Below, in pieces: positions 12,491 through 24,678 of a stretch of 64,000 bases of DNA. Each line of letters starts with the position of its first letter. The stretch's first letter is position 1. The translations under genes and the position numbers were made by a program. The stretch covers positions 128,402,001-128,466,000 of the forward strand of contig NC_043001.1 in NCBI RefSeq assembly GCF_006345805.1. The letters run 5' to 3'. The stretch is from Octopus sinensis (lineage: Eukaryota). The notes beneath the pieces were generated by a model. It searched no databases and was not told the origin of the DNA. It saw nothing but the letters and a program-made list of their open reading frames with translations.

Positions 12491-13435
12491 AAAATAGAGA
12501 TAATGGCTGGAGAGAGAGATTTCACTTTATAATGCTCTCTCTACTATATGTTGACTGTGGTTTTTAAATGTAGAATATTTTCTGGTCTACTGTCATTTTT
12601 GGCAGGTTATCATCTCTTAGTATTTGTATAAATAAGCATCTGTTCATTCTTAATGTTGGTTTTCTATGCTAGCATAGGTTTGTATGAGGACTCTTTGTTT
12701 GCAGCATTTTATGGCTATATGCCCATCTTGTTGCCAACCTTTCAGTGTTTTTCAAAATATGTGATTTTGTTTTTTTTATTTAACTGGTGACTAATCACTA
12801 TGTCAATAAGGAGTATAAAAATAAAATGCCATTTCGTTCAATAATAGGCAAAACTGTGGAGTGGCATTTATGTGTGTCCGCATGAACACACACACTCACA
12901 CATGATAGATTTCCATTGCTATTTCTGTCTGTCTGCTCCACTTGCAAGGTATTTGTTAACCTGGGGCTATAGTATAAGACACTTGCCCAAAGTGTCATGC
13001 AGTGGGTTTGAACCTGAGACCACAAGGTTTTGGGTTTGTTCTCACAGCACGGAACTGTGCTCAAGCTGACACCAATGCCTTGTGAGTGAAATTGTTGGGT
13101 GTATGTAATCAGTTGGAAATCCATTGTGCGTGCGTGGTTGTGTTTTTATTGTCTTGATGGTGCGTAAAAACAAGTGACACTATGATTGAAGGGTGTTGAA
13201 AACATGTCTGGTCATTAAGCTTTTTGTTGTTTGAAGAACTCCAGCACAATAATACCTTACTTGGAAACAAGTGAGTATTAGCAATAGATAAATCGTCCAT
13301 CTGTAGAAAAACTGCCTCACTAAGTTTTTTTTTTGACTCGTGTTAGCAGAGATAAGTTAAAATGGTGATGGTATATCCTTCCTTTTTTTCTCTTTCTTTT
13401 TATTTATTTTCAAGACCATAAGTTTTTTGATTTAA

Positions 13436-13736
13436 CCCTTTAGCATTCAGATTACTCTGTTAAATGCAATGATTATTTATTCACATCATTTTGAATTAAT
13501 CACGCATTATCATGTAGCTTCAAAATTTCAATGATATCTCTCTCTTTCTCTTTTATACTTGTTTCAGTCATTTGACTGCGGCCATGCTGGAGCACAGCCT
13601 TTAGTCGAGCAAATCGATCCCGGGACTTATTCTTTGTAAGCCCAGTACTTATTCTATCGGTCTCTTTTGCCGAACCACTAAGTGACGGGGACATAAACAC
13701 ACCAGCATCGGTTGTCAAGCAATACTAGGGGGACAA

Positions 13737-13809
<73 letters not shown>

Positions 13810-14088
13810 TATATACGACAGGCTTCTTTCAGTTTCCGTCTACCAAATCCACTCACAAGGCATTGGTCAGCCCGGGGCTATAGCAGAAGACACTTGCCCA
13901 AGATGCCATGCAGTGGGACTGAACCCGGAACCATGTGGTTGGTAAGCAAGCTACTTACCACACAGCCACTCCTGCACCTATGTTTGTATATTTTTAGAAT
14001 AACATTGTAGGGTAGGTGTAAGAAGTTGGATCTGGTCATTTTAACATAAAACAGGTACAATATTTGGGCTGGATTAAAAGTTAAAGGG
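13436..14088 (-). mobile_element. Family P MITE interrupted by a family A SINE
   Basis: TTAA|CCC at 13432-13438 and GGG|TTAA at 14086-14092; the two halves join into one MITE once 13546-13979 is removed. Confidence 0.8.
13546..13979 (-). mobile_element. Full-length family A SINE
   Basis: Complete head (reverse complement of AGGTGCAGGAGTGGCTGTGTGGTAAG) through the GAAACAAG tail; (CA)n(TA)n centre. Confidence 0.92.
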
Positions 14089-14393
14089 TTAAGAAATGTC
14101 AGGTATTATTTCTTGCAGTTTAAGCATCAACATAGAGAGACTCTCATTGGTTAACAATGTCAACTTTAGTGATGGTGATTCGTGTTAGTGCAACATATCT
14201 TTGCCTACCACATCCTGACCTCTGTACTACATGTTAATGAAATGGTCATTGATAAGTCTCACTACCTGGTGTACGACTGACCAACACCTGTTGCGATGAC
14301 ATTTTAACAAATCTGCAAGAGATACCACAGTGAGGTCATTCAAGTTGTTAGAAATAGTAACCAAATCTCCCTCATCACATCCTACCATCTTAA

Positions 14394-14609
14394 CTCTTTA
14401 CCATTCAGATTACTCTGTCGACAGTAATGCTTAGTTATTCACATTGTTTTGAATTAATTGTGCCTTATCTTGTAGTTTCAAGATTTCAATGATGTGTTTG
14501 TTTATTTTCAAAATTACATTGTTGAGCAGGTGTGAGAGGCTGGATCTGATTAGTTTGAACATAAAACAGAATATCTTGGCTAGATATGGGCAGTTGAAAT
14601 CCTGATGGG
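14394..14609 (-). mobile_element. Family P TTAA MITE (diverged)
   Basis: TTAA|CTCTTTACCATTCAG ... GATGGG|TTAA; body matches family P. Confidence 0.75.
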
Positions 14610-15727
14610 TTAAAAAAAAAAAAGGTGACTTTGTATAATGTAATTGCAAGTTCCTTGTACATAGGAAATAGATGGGATGTTTTCAGTATTGCTCTATCAA
14701 GCCTGTCCTAGGGCTAAACAACAACAACAATGATGTATATTTCCCCCAAACCAACAGTTGATATTGATTTATTTTGTATTCCTCTTTGTATCATTTCTGG
14801 TAATGTTCAATGCCACATGAAGATGGAGCCAGATAACTTCAGCTGATGATGGTCTATGATGGTGATGATACTGAATCTGCTGGTTGCACAGCCCTACACT
14901 CTGTAAATTTAATTTAGAAAATAATCTCTGATAATAATGTGATATTAATGAGATTAAATAGTAAAAATGAATCCATTTTTTTTACCTTTTCTTTTAATAA
15001 CAAATAAAATAGGAAACTGAGAAAAATAACCATTGAAAATATTCTGTTCAGCATCCTCTGCAGTTTTCCGTTTTGCTTCTCGAAAATGGATATTATTGAA
15101 AATAATATTGTAGCAGGGGAAGAAAGAAATAGTAAAATAGATTAATTAACTTAATTTTTTTGTATTTTTAATAATTCAGTGTTTCATAATATTTGATTCT
15201 CATTGCATGTTCTTAGGATTCTAACTCTCTTATTCATTCATATTCATGCTGTACACATCAGGACATGACTATTCTAGCACACTGACACATCTCCTTCAAA
15301 TGCACACACACACACACACACACACACACAAGCTCTTCTTGTTAGCATACACTTATACTCATACATGCATTATACCAATGAGTTAATGAATTGTTTTTCT
15401 TATCTCTATCTCAAAATAATCCTTTCACTGCTGAAAGGTTCCATTAATGTCAGCTTTCTTTTGTTTCTAATCTAGTGTTAGATTTCACATGATTGGCTCA
15501 ATAAAGCAATATTAAAAGTACATACTTTCGCTATTAAGAGTAAGGTGATTATGTTAACCTTCTGACATTAATAAAATATAAGAAACTTAGCAAATTTGAT
15601 GGATGTCTTTTATGAAATATTAAGCTGTGATAGCTATATGATATCTCTCTCTCTTTCTCTCTGTTGTTTGGCCTCAGATCATCCCCTGACTGAGTAGACC
15701 CTATGATCACAGGTGGCATTCTTGACC

Positions 15728-15930
15728 CTCTCTCTCTCTTTTGGAGAGGCACAAGCACCTACACGCACATATACACACACGGCAGTAACTTCCGCCTGCC
15801 GAATTCAATCACAAAGCTTCGGTCGGCTCGGGGCTATAGCATAAGACACCTACCCAAAGTGCCACGCAGTGGGACTGAACCCGAAACCATATAGCTAGGA
15901 AGCAAGCTCCCTAACCACACAGCCATGCCC
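15728..15930 (-). mobile_element. Short SINE subfamily A'
   Basis: Closely similar to 6524-6728. Confidence 0.8.
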
Positions 15931-16253
15931 TGTCTTTTTTTTTTCAGGCATAGTTTATCAAATATGTCCTTCCTTTTTCTCTCTTTTTTTTTTCAGGTAT
16001 AGTTTATCAAATACATCCTTCAATTTGTTTTCTTTTTTTAAAGATGTTAGTGTGATATGCATGTGTTTTAACTGCTATTTCTAGTAATTCAATCACATAT
16101 GTAGTCTAGAACTGCACTGTGAAGAGCTAAGAGTGGTTCCAATATTTTCTTGCTTCACGTGGATGTTTGGATGTTAGTTTTTCCTTCAAAGCTACCATTT
16201 ATTCCAATATTCCAGTACTTTCCTATTAATTATTCGATTTGTTCCTTTTGTAG

Positions 16254-16286
16254 GCATTCAGTCCCTCCATTTGGCACCATGCAGAG
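16254..16286 (+). other. Candidate 33-nt micro-exon of the host gene
   Basis: Polypyrimidine acceptor TTTGTTCCTTTTGTAG, donor GAG|GTAGGA, unique sequence, all three frames open. Confidence 0.35.
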
Positions 16287-16552
16287 GTAGGAACATTAGC
16301 AGACTGTTGCTGCTTCTCTTGTACTTTTTTCTTGCTTTTGAGAAGAGTTTTTTGTATTCTTCTAGAATACATTATATAATTCTTTTTTTGTATTCTTCTA
16401 GAATACATTATATAATGTTGTTAAATAGTGAAGAGGGAGCAAATTTTGTAATTAATTCTCTACTACAGGAATGTTTCATTTGACAGTGTCATCCTGTAGT
16501 GAAAGGTTGACTTTATTGTTGTTTTTGAGTGAACTTTGTCATATTTCCTTAA

Positions 16553-16772
16553 CCCCTTAGCATTCAAACCGGCCATATCCGGCCAAAATATTTAACCTGT
16601 TATATATTGAAACTGACCAGAGCTTGCCCCTCACCTCAGCCCTACAATGTCATTCTAAAACTAAAAAATAGCATCACTGCAATCTCTAAACTACAAGATA
16701 ATGCATGATTAATTCAAAACAATATAAATAAACAAACATCACATTTGACAGAATAATCTGAACACTAAAGGG
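16553..16772 (+). mobile_element. Family P TTAA MITE
   Basis: TTAA|CCCCTTAGC ... CTAAAGGG|TTAA. Confidence 0.9.
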
Positions 16773-16900
16773 TTAAACAGGTAGCCAATCAAATATTTAG
16801 AAGTAGCTCCCTCTATCAAGTTTATACCATTCAATGTAACATATATACCTGCATGTATTGCAGTGTCATATAGCCAGGGATTATTTAAGTTATTTTGCAG

Positions 16901-17005
16901 GTCAAGCTGTTTATATTCAGTCGAAAACCATTGGTGGTTACCAAGATGAAAGCAAATGAATTTAATGACATCGTGGTTGTTTTGGTTCTTTGAGATTCAC
17001 AGAAG
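16901..17005 (+). other. Candidate exon (3' end uncertain)
   Basis: Acceptor TTATTTTGCAG|GTCAAG in unique sequence; only a weak donor (AG|GTGGTT) found. Confidence 0.2.
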
Positions 17006-17377
17006 GTGGTTGGTGACTCAATCAGTTTTGGCTAGCACTTGATCTACACACTTTCTCTGACTGCTCAATCTTGCAACCAAATTTCATGCTCCCACTGTTT
17101 TTCAGGTATAAACTTCGATCTTTTAAGATCTAACTTGTATGTCATTATTCTCGCAATGAAAACAGAATGCTAATAACTAGTTTTCTTACTGACATGAATA
17201 TGATGTTCAGATATGACATATACTCAACTGTTGAATAGTTCTTATTCTGTGAATAAGTACTGGGTGTTTGTATCAGTAAATATGCTTGATGCAAGATGGT
17301 GCTGCAGTTATCTCGAAAAGTTATAACATAATGATCAGGTTTGATTTACATTGCTTGATGGGTATATATATATATAT

Positions 17378-18260
17378 CATCATCATTGTTTAACGTCTGT
17401 TTTCCATGCTAGCATGGGTTGGACGGTTCAACTGGGGTCTGGGAAGCCAGAAGGCTGCGCCAGGCCCAGTCTGATCTGGCAGTGTTTCTACAGCTGGATG
17501 CCCTTCCTAACGCCAACCACCCTGTGAGTGTAGTGGGTGCTTTTTACGTGCCACCTGCACAGGTGCCAGACGAGGCTGGCAAACGGCCACGATTGGATGG
17601 TGCTTTTTACGTGCCACCGGCACTATATATATAAAAGAAAAGTAGGGTATAAATACCCCTTGCTAAAAGTCAAAGCCACAACTTGAAAAAAACCACCATA
17701 AATATTACGATAAAGATACGCACAAGCAATGCAATGAATATTTCAAAAAATAGGCTTACCTCTGAATGGAATACAAAGGTAAGTAATACATATTTCAACA
17801 CCAATTGATTTCTCGCTCTGCATGATAAACATGCTTTGCAATCTTCAGTTGAAAACAGCATTTAACTTCTATTTCTAAAATATTCACTAAGTCAACTCAT
17901 GTTTATCTTTATAAGATGTGGCTTTGATTTTTAGCAAGGTGTATTTATACCCTACTTTTCTTGGTGCTGGCATCGGCCACGTTCGGATGGTGCTTTTTAT
18001 GTGCCACCGGCACAGGTATCACGGCTACTATTTCCATTGATATTTATTTCGATGTTCATGTACTTGACTCAATAGGTCTCCTCAAGCACAGTGGGTTGTT
18101 ATGAAATCCAAGGTACTTTGAATGGGCAGGGGCTATGCGGAACTGGTGCAGGAAGCAGCCCGGCTCTTTGCAGTCACAGCATATCTCCAGAGATCTTGGT
18201 CCTTCACCATTGCCTCAGTGAGGCCCAACGCTCTGAGGTCATGCTCTCTCCCCCCTGATA
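17378..18260 (-). mobile_element. RTE-type LINE 3' end (ORF2 C-terminus and 3' UTR), split by a MITE
   Basis: Minus strand HDLRALGLTEAMVKDQDLWRYAVTAKS at ~18140-18245; family R 3' UTR and (ATG)n tail at 17378-17625. Confidence 0.7.
17636..17963. mobile_element. MITE with ~47-bp TIRs
   Basis: AAGAAAAGTAGGGTATAAATACCCCTTGCTAAAAGTCAAAGCCACA vs TGTGGCTTTGATTTTTAGCAAGGTGTATTTATACCCTACTTTTCTT. Confidence 0.7.
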
Positions 18261-18309
18261 CCTTCAATTGTTTGGGTGCGGCACTTCTTCACACATCTCT
18301 CCTCATCCA

Positions 18310-18590
18310 CCCGCAGTACGTGACCTCCATGCCGGTGGCACGTTAAAAGCACCAACCGATCGTGGCTGCTGCCAGACTACCCTGGCACCTGTGCCGGTGG
18401 CATGTAAAATAAAAACCCACTACACTCGTGGAGTGGTTGGCGTTAGGAAGGGCATCCAGCTGTAGAAATACTGCCAGATTAGACTGGAGCCTGGTGCAGC
18501 CTCCTGGCTTCCCAGACCCCAGTTGAACCATCCAACCCGTGCTAGCATGGAAAACGGACGTTAAACGATGATGATGATTATGATGATTAT
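18310..18590 (+). mobile_element. Family R 3' UTR copy
   Basis: GTTAGGAAGGGCATCCAGCTGTAGAAA ... CATGGAAAACGGACGTTAAAC followed by (GAT)n. Confidence 0.8.
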
Positions 18591-18744
18591 ACCTGTAAAG
18601 GTAGAAACTTGCTAGCCACCTCATTATTACTGTATATAACAGTAATGATTCTACTTTACTTTATTTAAATTTTTATTGTTTACCATAGTTTCTTTTAAAC
18701 GGAGCAGGACATTTAAAGTTAGAAACACACACAAGATGACATAG

Positions 18745-18996
18745 TAAATATTTTAGAAATAGAAATTAAATGCTGTTTTCAACTGAAGACTGCAAAGCAT
18801 GTTTATCATTCAAAGCGTGAAATCAATTGGTATTGAAATATGTATTACTTACCTTTGTATTCCATTCAGAGGTAAGCCTATTTTTTAAAATATTCATTGC
18901 ATTGCTCGTGAGTATTTTTATTGTAATATTTATGGTGGTATTTTGAAGCTGTCGCTTTGATTTTTAGCAAGTGGTATTTATACCCGACTTTTCTTA
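18745..18996 (-). repeat. Inverted copy of 17636-17890, inside a segment bracketed by ~68-bp direct repeats
   Basis: Roughly 90% identical (by eye) reverse complement; direct repeats CTGTAAAgGTAGAAACTTGCT...CTACTTTA at ~18593-18660 and ~19023-19090. Confidence 0.75.
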
Positions 18997-19101
18997 AATT
19001 ACTTTATTACTTTATTTTATAGCTGTAAAAGTAGAAACTTGCTGGCCACCTCATTATTACTGTATATAACAGTAATAATACTACTTTATATATATATATA
19101 T

Positions 19102-19275
19102 ATTATCATCATCAGCAACATTTAACGTCTTTTGTCCAACCTGGCATGGGTTGGACGGTTTGACCAGGATTGGTAAGCTGAGGGGATGCACCAGACTCCA
19201 ACCTGATTTGGCATGGTTTCCATGGTTGGATGCCATTTCTAATGCCAACCAGAGTGTAATGGGTGCTTTTACGTG
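19102..19275 (-). mobile_element. Family R 3' UTR copy
   Basis: (CAT)n-TTTAACGTC ... CATGGGTTGGACGGTTTG motif. Confidence 0.7.
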
Positions 19276-19297
19276 CACATACACACACACACACACA

Positions 19298-19500
19298 CAA
19301 GGTGCTGAAAAATCCCTGGCTTTGGGTAAAAGAAAATACAGAGGATCAGTCAATTATGATTTTAGTCAACACATTCCCCTCTCAGATTCACACAATTATT
19401 GCAGTGGTCCTTCAGTTTTTCTAAGCCCTATAAAAGAAATCAGAAGGTTGGGCTACCAACCAGGCCTTTCTTGATACTCTTAAAGCCAGAACTTTCCAGT
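19298..19500 (-). mobile_element. mariner-derived MITE (second copy)
   Basis: Reverse complement of 2020-2243. Confidence 0.65.
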
Positions 19501-20637
19501 TATATATATATATATATATATGATATACTCCAGCATCCAGCCTATCCCATTATAGAAAACAGATGTTAAATATATAAATATATAATACAATGAGTATTAT
19601 AATTGACAAATGTTGTAATTATCTAACTTGTTTGTAAGTGCTCCAGTTTCTTTAAACTGTCGATTTTTTAAATCTAGATTATGCTAATGACTTAGTGATA
19701 ATTAATGATAACTACATATCCAATTAACTGTTGAATGCCTCATTGTGTGCAAGTTACGTGGTTTAAAAATCAACATCACTAAGGTAGAAATTGTATCTTG
19801 ATGTATTCTGATATCTTCAACATTAGCTTTGATCTAGATCAGTGCTCTGCAGCTTTTTTTTTCACTTGCGGTACACCTACATTCTTTGTGAGGAATGGTA
19901 AATGAGAGCAATGAACTTGGGCAAGCTCGAAATATTTTTGGATTTTGAGCCAAACTCACTATCAGATTGCTTCTAGCTTCAACAACTCTCTTGAACAAGA
20001 GTTGTTGGTTTGGTCTGCACTCCAGTGTCAAATGTCGTTGTAGCTGTGTCAGAACATCTCCCAGAATGGCATAAACAGTTAGCCAGAGAGCTGAAAATGT
20101 GGATAAGCATGATCTGGTTGGATCTTGAATTGATAGATAATCCTCGCATGGAATTTCAGCTGGTTGATGATCTCATGTCAGATACTTGTGATCACCAGGT
20201 ATGGTTGAATTATGTTGATTCACTAATTGGTGCCAGCTGAATTCCTCTTAAGTGAATACTGTCAAAAATACAAATAAAATTTTAATTGTTGACATTTGCT
20301 TTGTAAATAATATTAAAAAAATTTCATTGTTTAATCTTTGTAAAGAATATTTAAAGTGTTTCATTTGCTAAAAGTTTTGCTATAAGTTGTTTTACAAGAT
20401 ATATTTTTATGGCTTAGGATCATTCATCCATTTAAATTGCTGAAATTTAACCAGAAAAGTCACCTGTCTAATAGGCAAACCTTTATTCCAAATAGGTACT
20501 TAATCTTTCTGGGCTCATTGACAAATTGTTTTTTTTTCTTCTATATTACTTCTATTGCTGCTAACAGCAATAGCTCCTCTGAATCTTTTCTATTTCTGTA
20601 TCCACTTCATTGTATCCCATAAGGAATATTTAATTTC

Positions 20638-21600
20638 ATCATCATCATGATTTAATGTCTATTGTCCATGCTGGTATGGGTTGGATGGTTTGACTGGGCT
20701 GGAAGGCTGTGCCAAACTCCAGTTTGATTTGACATAGTTTTCTATCACTGGATGCCCTTCCTAATGCCAACCACTCCAAGAGTGTAATGGGTGTTTTTAC
20801 ATGCCACCAGCATGGGTGCCTTTTGTGTAACACTGGTATCTGCCATGATTGCAATTTTGCTTGGCTTGATGGGTCTTTTTCTCAAGCATGACATAATGCC
20901 AAAGCTCTTGGTCATTGCCTCCGTGAGGCCCAACACTCAAAAGGAGCTCAGCCACTATGCCTCCATGAGGCCCAATGCTTAAAAGGAACTCAACCACTTG
21001 CCTCCATTAGGCCCAATGCTCGAAAGGAACATGACCACTATGCCTCCATGAGGCCCAACACTTTGAAATACACTCAGCCATTTTGCCTCCATGAGGCCCA
21101 ACTTTCAAGGTGGATTTTCTTATGTTCCACCAGCACAGGTGCACCTGGCTTGATGGGTCCTCTTAAGCAGAGCACATCGCCAAAGGTCTCAATCACTAGT
21201 CATTGCCTCTGTGAGGTTCAAAGTTCAAAGATCATGCTTCACCACTTCATCCCATGTCTTCCTGGGTCTACTTCTACCACAGGTTCCCTCCACAGCTGTC
21301 CTCATCCATACACATCACATGACCATACCATTGCAGTCATCTCTCTTGCACACTACATCTGATTCCTCTTATGCCTAACTTTTCTCTCAAGATGCTTACA
21401 CTCTGTCGAACATGTACACTGACATTGCACATCCAACAAAGCATACTGGCTTCATTTCTTTCAAGCTTACGCATGTCCTCAGCTGTTAAAGCCCATATTT
21501 CACTGCCATGCAGCATAGCCTGTTCACACACAGGCATCAAACAATCTGCCTTTCATTCTGAGAGAGAGACCATTTGTTGCCAGCAGGGATAGGAGCTCTC
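20638..21600 (-). mobile_element. RTE-type LINE 3' fragment with degenerate ORF2 C-terminus
   Basis: AMLHGSEIWALTAEDMRKLERNEASMLCWMCNVSVHVRQSVSILREKLGIRGIRC (RTE-type LxYGxExW...LxRxE motif), then family R 3' UTR. Confidence 0.85.
20915..21110. repeat. Minisatellite, five units of 41-43 bp
   Basis: GCCTCCATGAGGCCCAA units starting near 20915, 20957, 20998, 21040 and 21083. Confidence 0.8.
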
Positions 21601-22572
21601 TGAACTTTGCCCGACCTAATCTTATTCTCATATCTAAGCTCTCCATTGTCTTAACTTCTTAATTCAAGACCCTCTATAATTGATAAAATAGGTACCAGTT
21701 GTATAATGATGCTGGTCTCATAGTTTTCTTCCAAACAACTTATTCTGGAGAGGTGGGCACAGTGACTGTTGTTGTTACCTATTCATCTCTCAATAACTAA
21801 TAGATCTGGGACATATTTCCAACTACAGAATTAACTGCTTTGCCCAGAGATCGTTTGGAATACATGTATGTGAACTTAGTCTCTCTGAGTTGCTAGTAAT
21901 ATGAAAATATTGTAAATGTCTCTGAAACCTTGAAGACACAAAACATTTGCAGTAGATTTGAACTTACAAATATGTTAATACAAATGTGTCAGTGAAATGT
22001 AGTGACTATGACCTAAAATCATAAATGGGTCAGAAAATTAATTCACTGTCAATTTACACCTGTCAAGTTACTCTTGCATGATAACATCGTTATTCTTTTC
22101 AAATTAACTTTTTCTTGCTTACATGGATCTGGCAGAGTTTAAGGTAAAATTTTCTACAGCCAGATGCCCTTCTTGTAACCAATTCCCACCCATTTCCAAG
22201 CAAGGTAATGTTACCCCATGGCTGGACATGTTTCCACTGAAGATTGGAAACTGATAATACCACTTGAACGGGAGTGACACTCATTTACAACTATCATGCA
22301 GTATTAAAACAAGGAGATACTAACAAGGACACACATACATATTCATGTGTATAAATGTATGTATGCATACAATAAGTTTTTTTAAAGTTTCTGTCTACCA
22401 AATCCACACACAAAGTGCCACACAGTGGGATTGAACCCAAACCATGTGTTTGGAAAATGAGTTTCTTAATCACAGAGCTATGCCTGTTTCTATAACAATA
22501 GTAATCATAATAATAACAGTAACAACAATATCAATGTTTGGTTTTAAATTAATCGCAAGATCAGAAGTGTAA

Positions 22573-23087
22573 CCCTTTAGTGTTTAAACTGACCTTATCC
22601 AACCCAAAATGTTCCACTTGTTTTATGTTCAAACTGACCAGATCAGGCCTTTCTCACTTACCCAACAATTTCATAAATAATCACATCATTGAAATCTCAG
22701 AGTTATGAGATAATGCTTGATTAATTCAAAACAATATCATCATCATCGTTTAACATCCGCTTTCCATGCTAGCATGTGTTGGACAGTTCAACTGGGGTCT
22801 GGGAAGCCAAAGAAGGCTGCACCAGGCCCAGTCTGATCTGGCAATGTTTCTACAGCTGGCTGCCCTTCCTAACGCCAACCACTCCGTGAGTGTAGTGGGT
22901 GCTTTTTACGTGCCACCGGCACAGGTGCCAGACGGGGCTGGCAAACGGCCACGATCGGATGGTGCTTTTTACATGCCACCGGCATGGAGACCAGACAGAG
23001 CTGGCAACGGCCATGGTCTGATGGTGCTTTTTACGTGCCACCATGAATAAGTATTACAATAGACAGAGTAACCTGAATGCTAAAGAG
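22573..23087 (+). mobile_element. Family P MITE interrupted by a family R element (22738-23044, minus strand)
   Basis: CCCTTTAG start; MITE body resumes at TGAATAAG...GCTAAAGAG|TTAA after the insert. Confidence 0.75.
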
Positions 23088-23739
23088 TTAAGGAGTAGGA
23101 ATAGTTGATTATATAGACCCCAATACTTGACTGAAACTTTATTTTATCAACCCTGAAAGAATGAAAGACCAAGTTGACCCTGACTTGAGAGATGAAGAGT
23201 ACTTGTACTCAGACCATAAAGAGCCAAAGCAAAATACCATAAGGCATTTTGTCTGCTGTGGTAATGATTCTGTCAATCCATTAATAATAATTACATGAGT
23301 GAAAGCTGAAGGCAGTCAAGCCATAAGACTACTGGATACATTTTTCATGTTATGTCACTAGCACTGTGCTATGCTTTGTCTGTGGTCGATCTAATATTGA
23401 TAGGTATTTTTTGGATAATTGTTAGCTTCAATTTCTTCCTTGGGGGTATACCACTTTTTACCAAAAGGTGAATTGACCATTGACCTAGAGATTTTCCCAC
23501 CTTACACCATTTAATAAACATGCTACATTAACCAAACACATGAGACATATGTCCATTTGGATGAGTCTTAAGGTCTGTTATGATAAGGGTAAAGTTGATT
23601 GAATTGCGTACAATGCATCATTGGTGCTGTTTTATCAACATCCCCCGATGGCTGAAAGTAGAGTAGGATTTGAGATAAAAGAATTCTACAGACAAAACTA
23701 AATGTAATTCATTTAGCTTCACCCTCTTCCACTTCTTTT

Positions 23740-24085
23740 ATTTCACTGCCTTCACAAGATGATAGTAAGAACTATTATAATATGTCCAAATAAAAAAAAC
23801 TGGAACAAAATTAACAACATATTGATAGACATCTTGACTCCCTTCTGAAAAGAAGAGGAGAAATCAGAATAAGATTTTGAAATTTAAATAAACAAGATGT
23901 GAGGCATTAAAGTAAAGACAGTACCAATAATAATTTCCAACTACAGAATTAACTGCTTTGCCCAGAGATCAACAGAGCTAAGTCCAATACCGTACAAACC
24001 TTGGTGGGGCTTGCAGCATTACACATCCTCTCAAAAGTGGCTCTACCAATGACAAAAGACATCCTACATGAAACACTTTAAAAAC
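23740..24085 (+). mobile_element. Degenerate RLE-type (R4/Dong-like) LINE 3' end
   Basis: Frameshifted remnants LIDILTPF (IDxxxPxD), KEEEK, ...NKM*GIKVKTVPII and ...QKVAL...ILHETL; a possible second, older remnant at ~24540-24675. Confidence 0.45.
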
Positions 24086-24678
24086 AATAGCACCACTTAA
24101 ACAGTACACTTATTGCTCACAACATGTTCCCTAGATAATCACCATCCAATAAAATAACACAACACATACTCTTGTAAAGTTGACACCTAACACTGTAACA
24201 CCAACAACTCACATTTTTCACATCTGCAGCTCATTAATGCTACACAGCATATAATTTATACTAAAATCTGACACTAAAACAAATAGTAACACCAGCCTCA
24301 TGGCTCATGCAAAACACAAGCACTGCCTTAGAAAATATCATGACCAATACTGTGCATGCTGCACACAACAGACAAAATACTAAAATAATACCAGAAACGA
24401 TGAACCATACTCCACAACAAAGAGAAACTGATGGAGTATTCAAACTCCGGTCCCTTTTCCCAGAAAATAGCATGGAAGTGACTGGGTGGTGAACTAGGGA
24501 CCTGCATAAAACTGCTGAAAACTTAATAAAAAGAAGCACAATCTCTGTACTATTAAGTGCATTGGAAATGATAAAAATATCATGCAGACACAGCCAAAAC
24601 TGCAGTATTTACAAATATGCACAACATGCTGAAAGTAGTACTTCTAGGCACCACACACATTGTGTCAAGTACTGTTAA

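Noticed and set aside
20915-21110. CRISPR-like spaced repeats
   Set aside because: Eukaryotic context, units are diverged tandem copies with no unique spacers, and they derive from LINE coding sequence.
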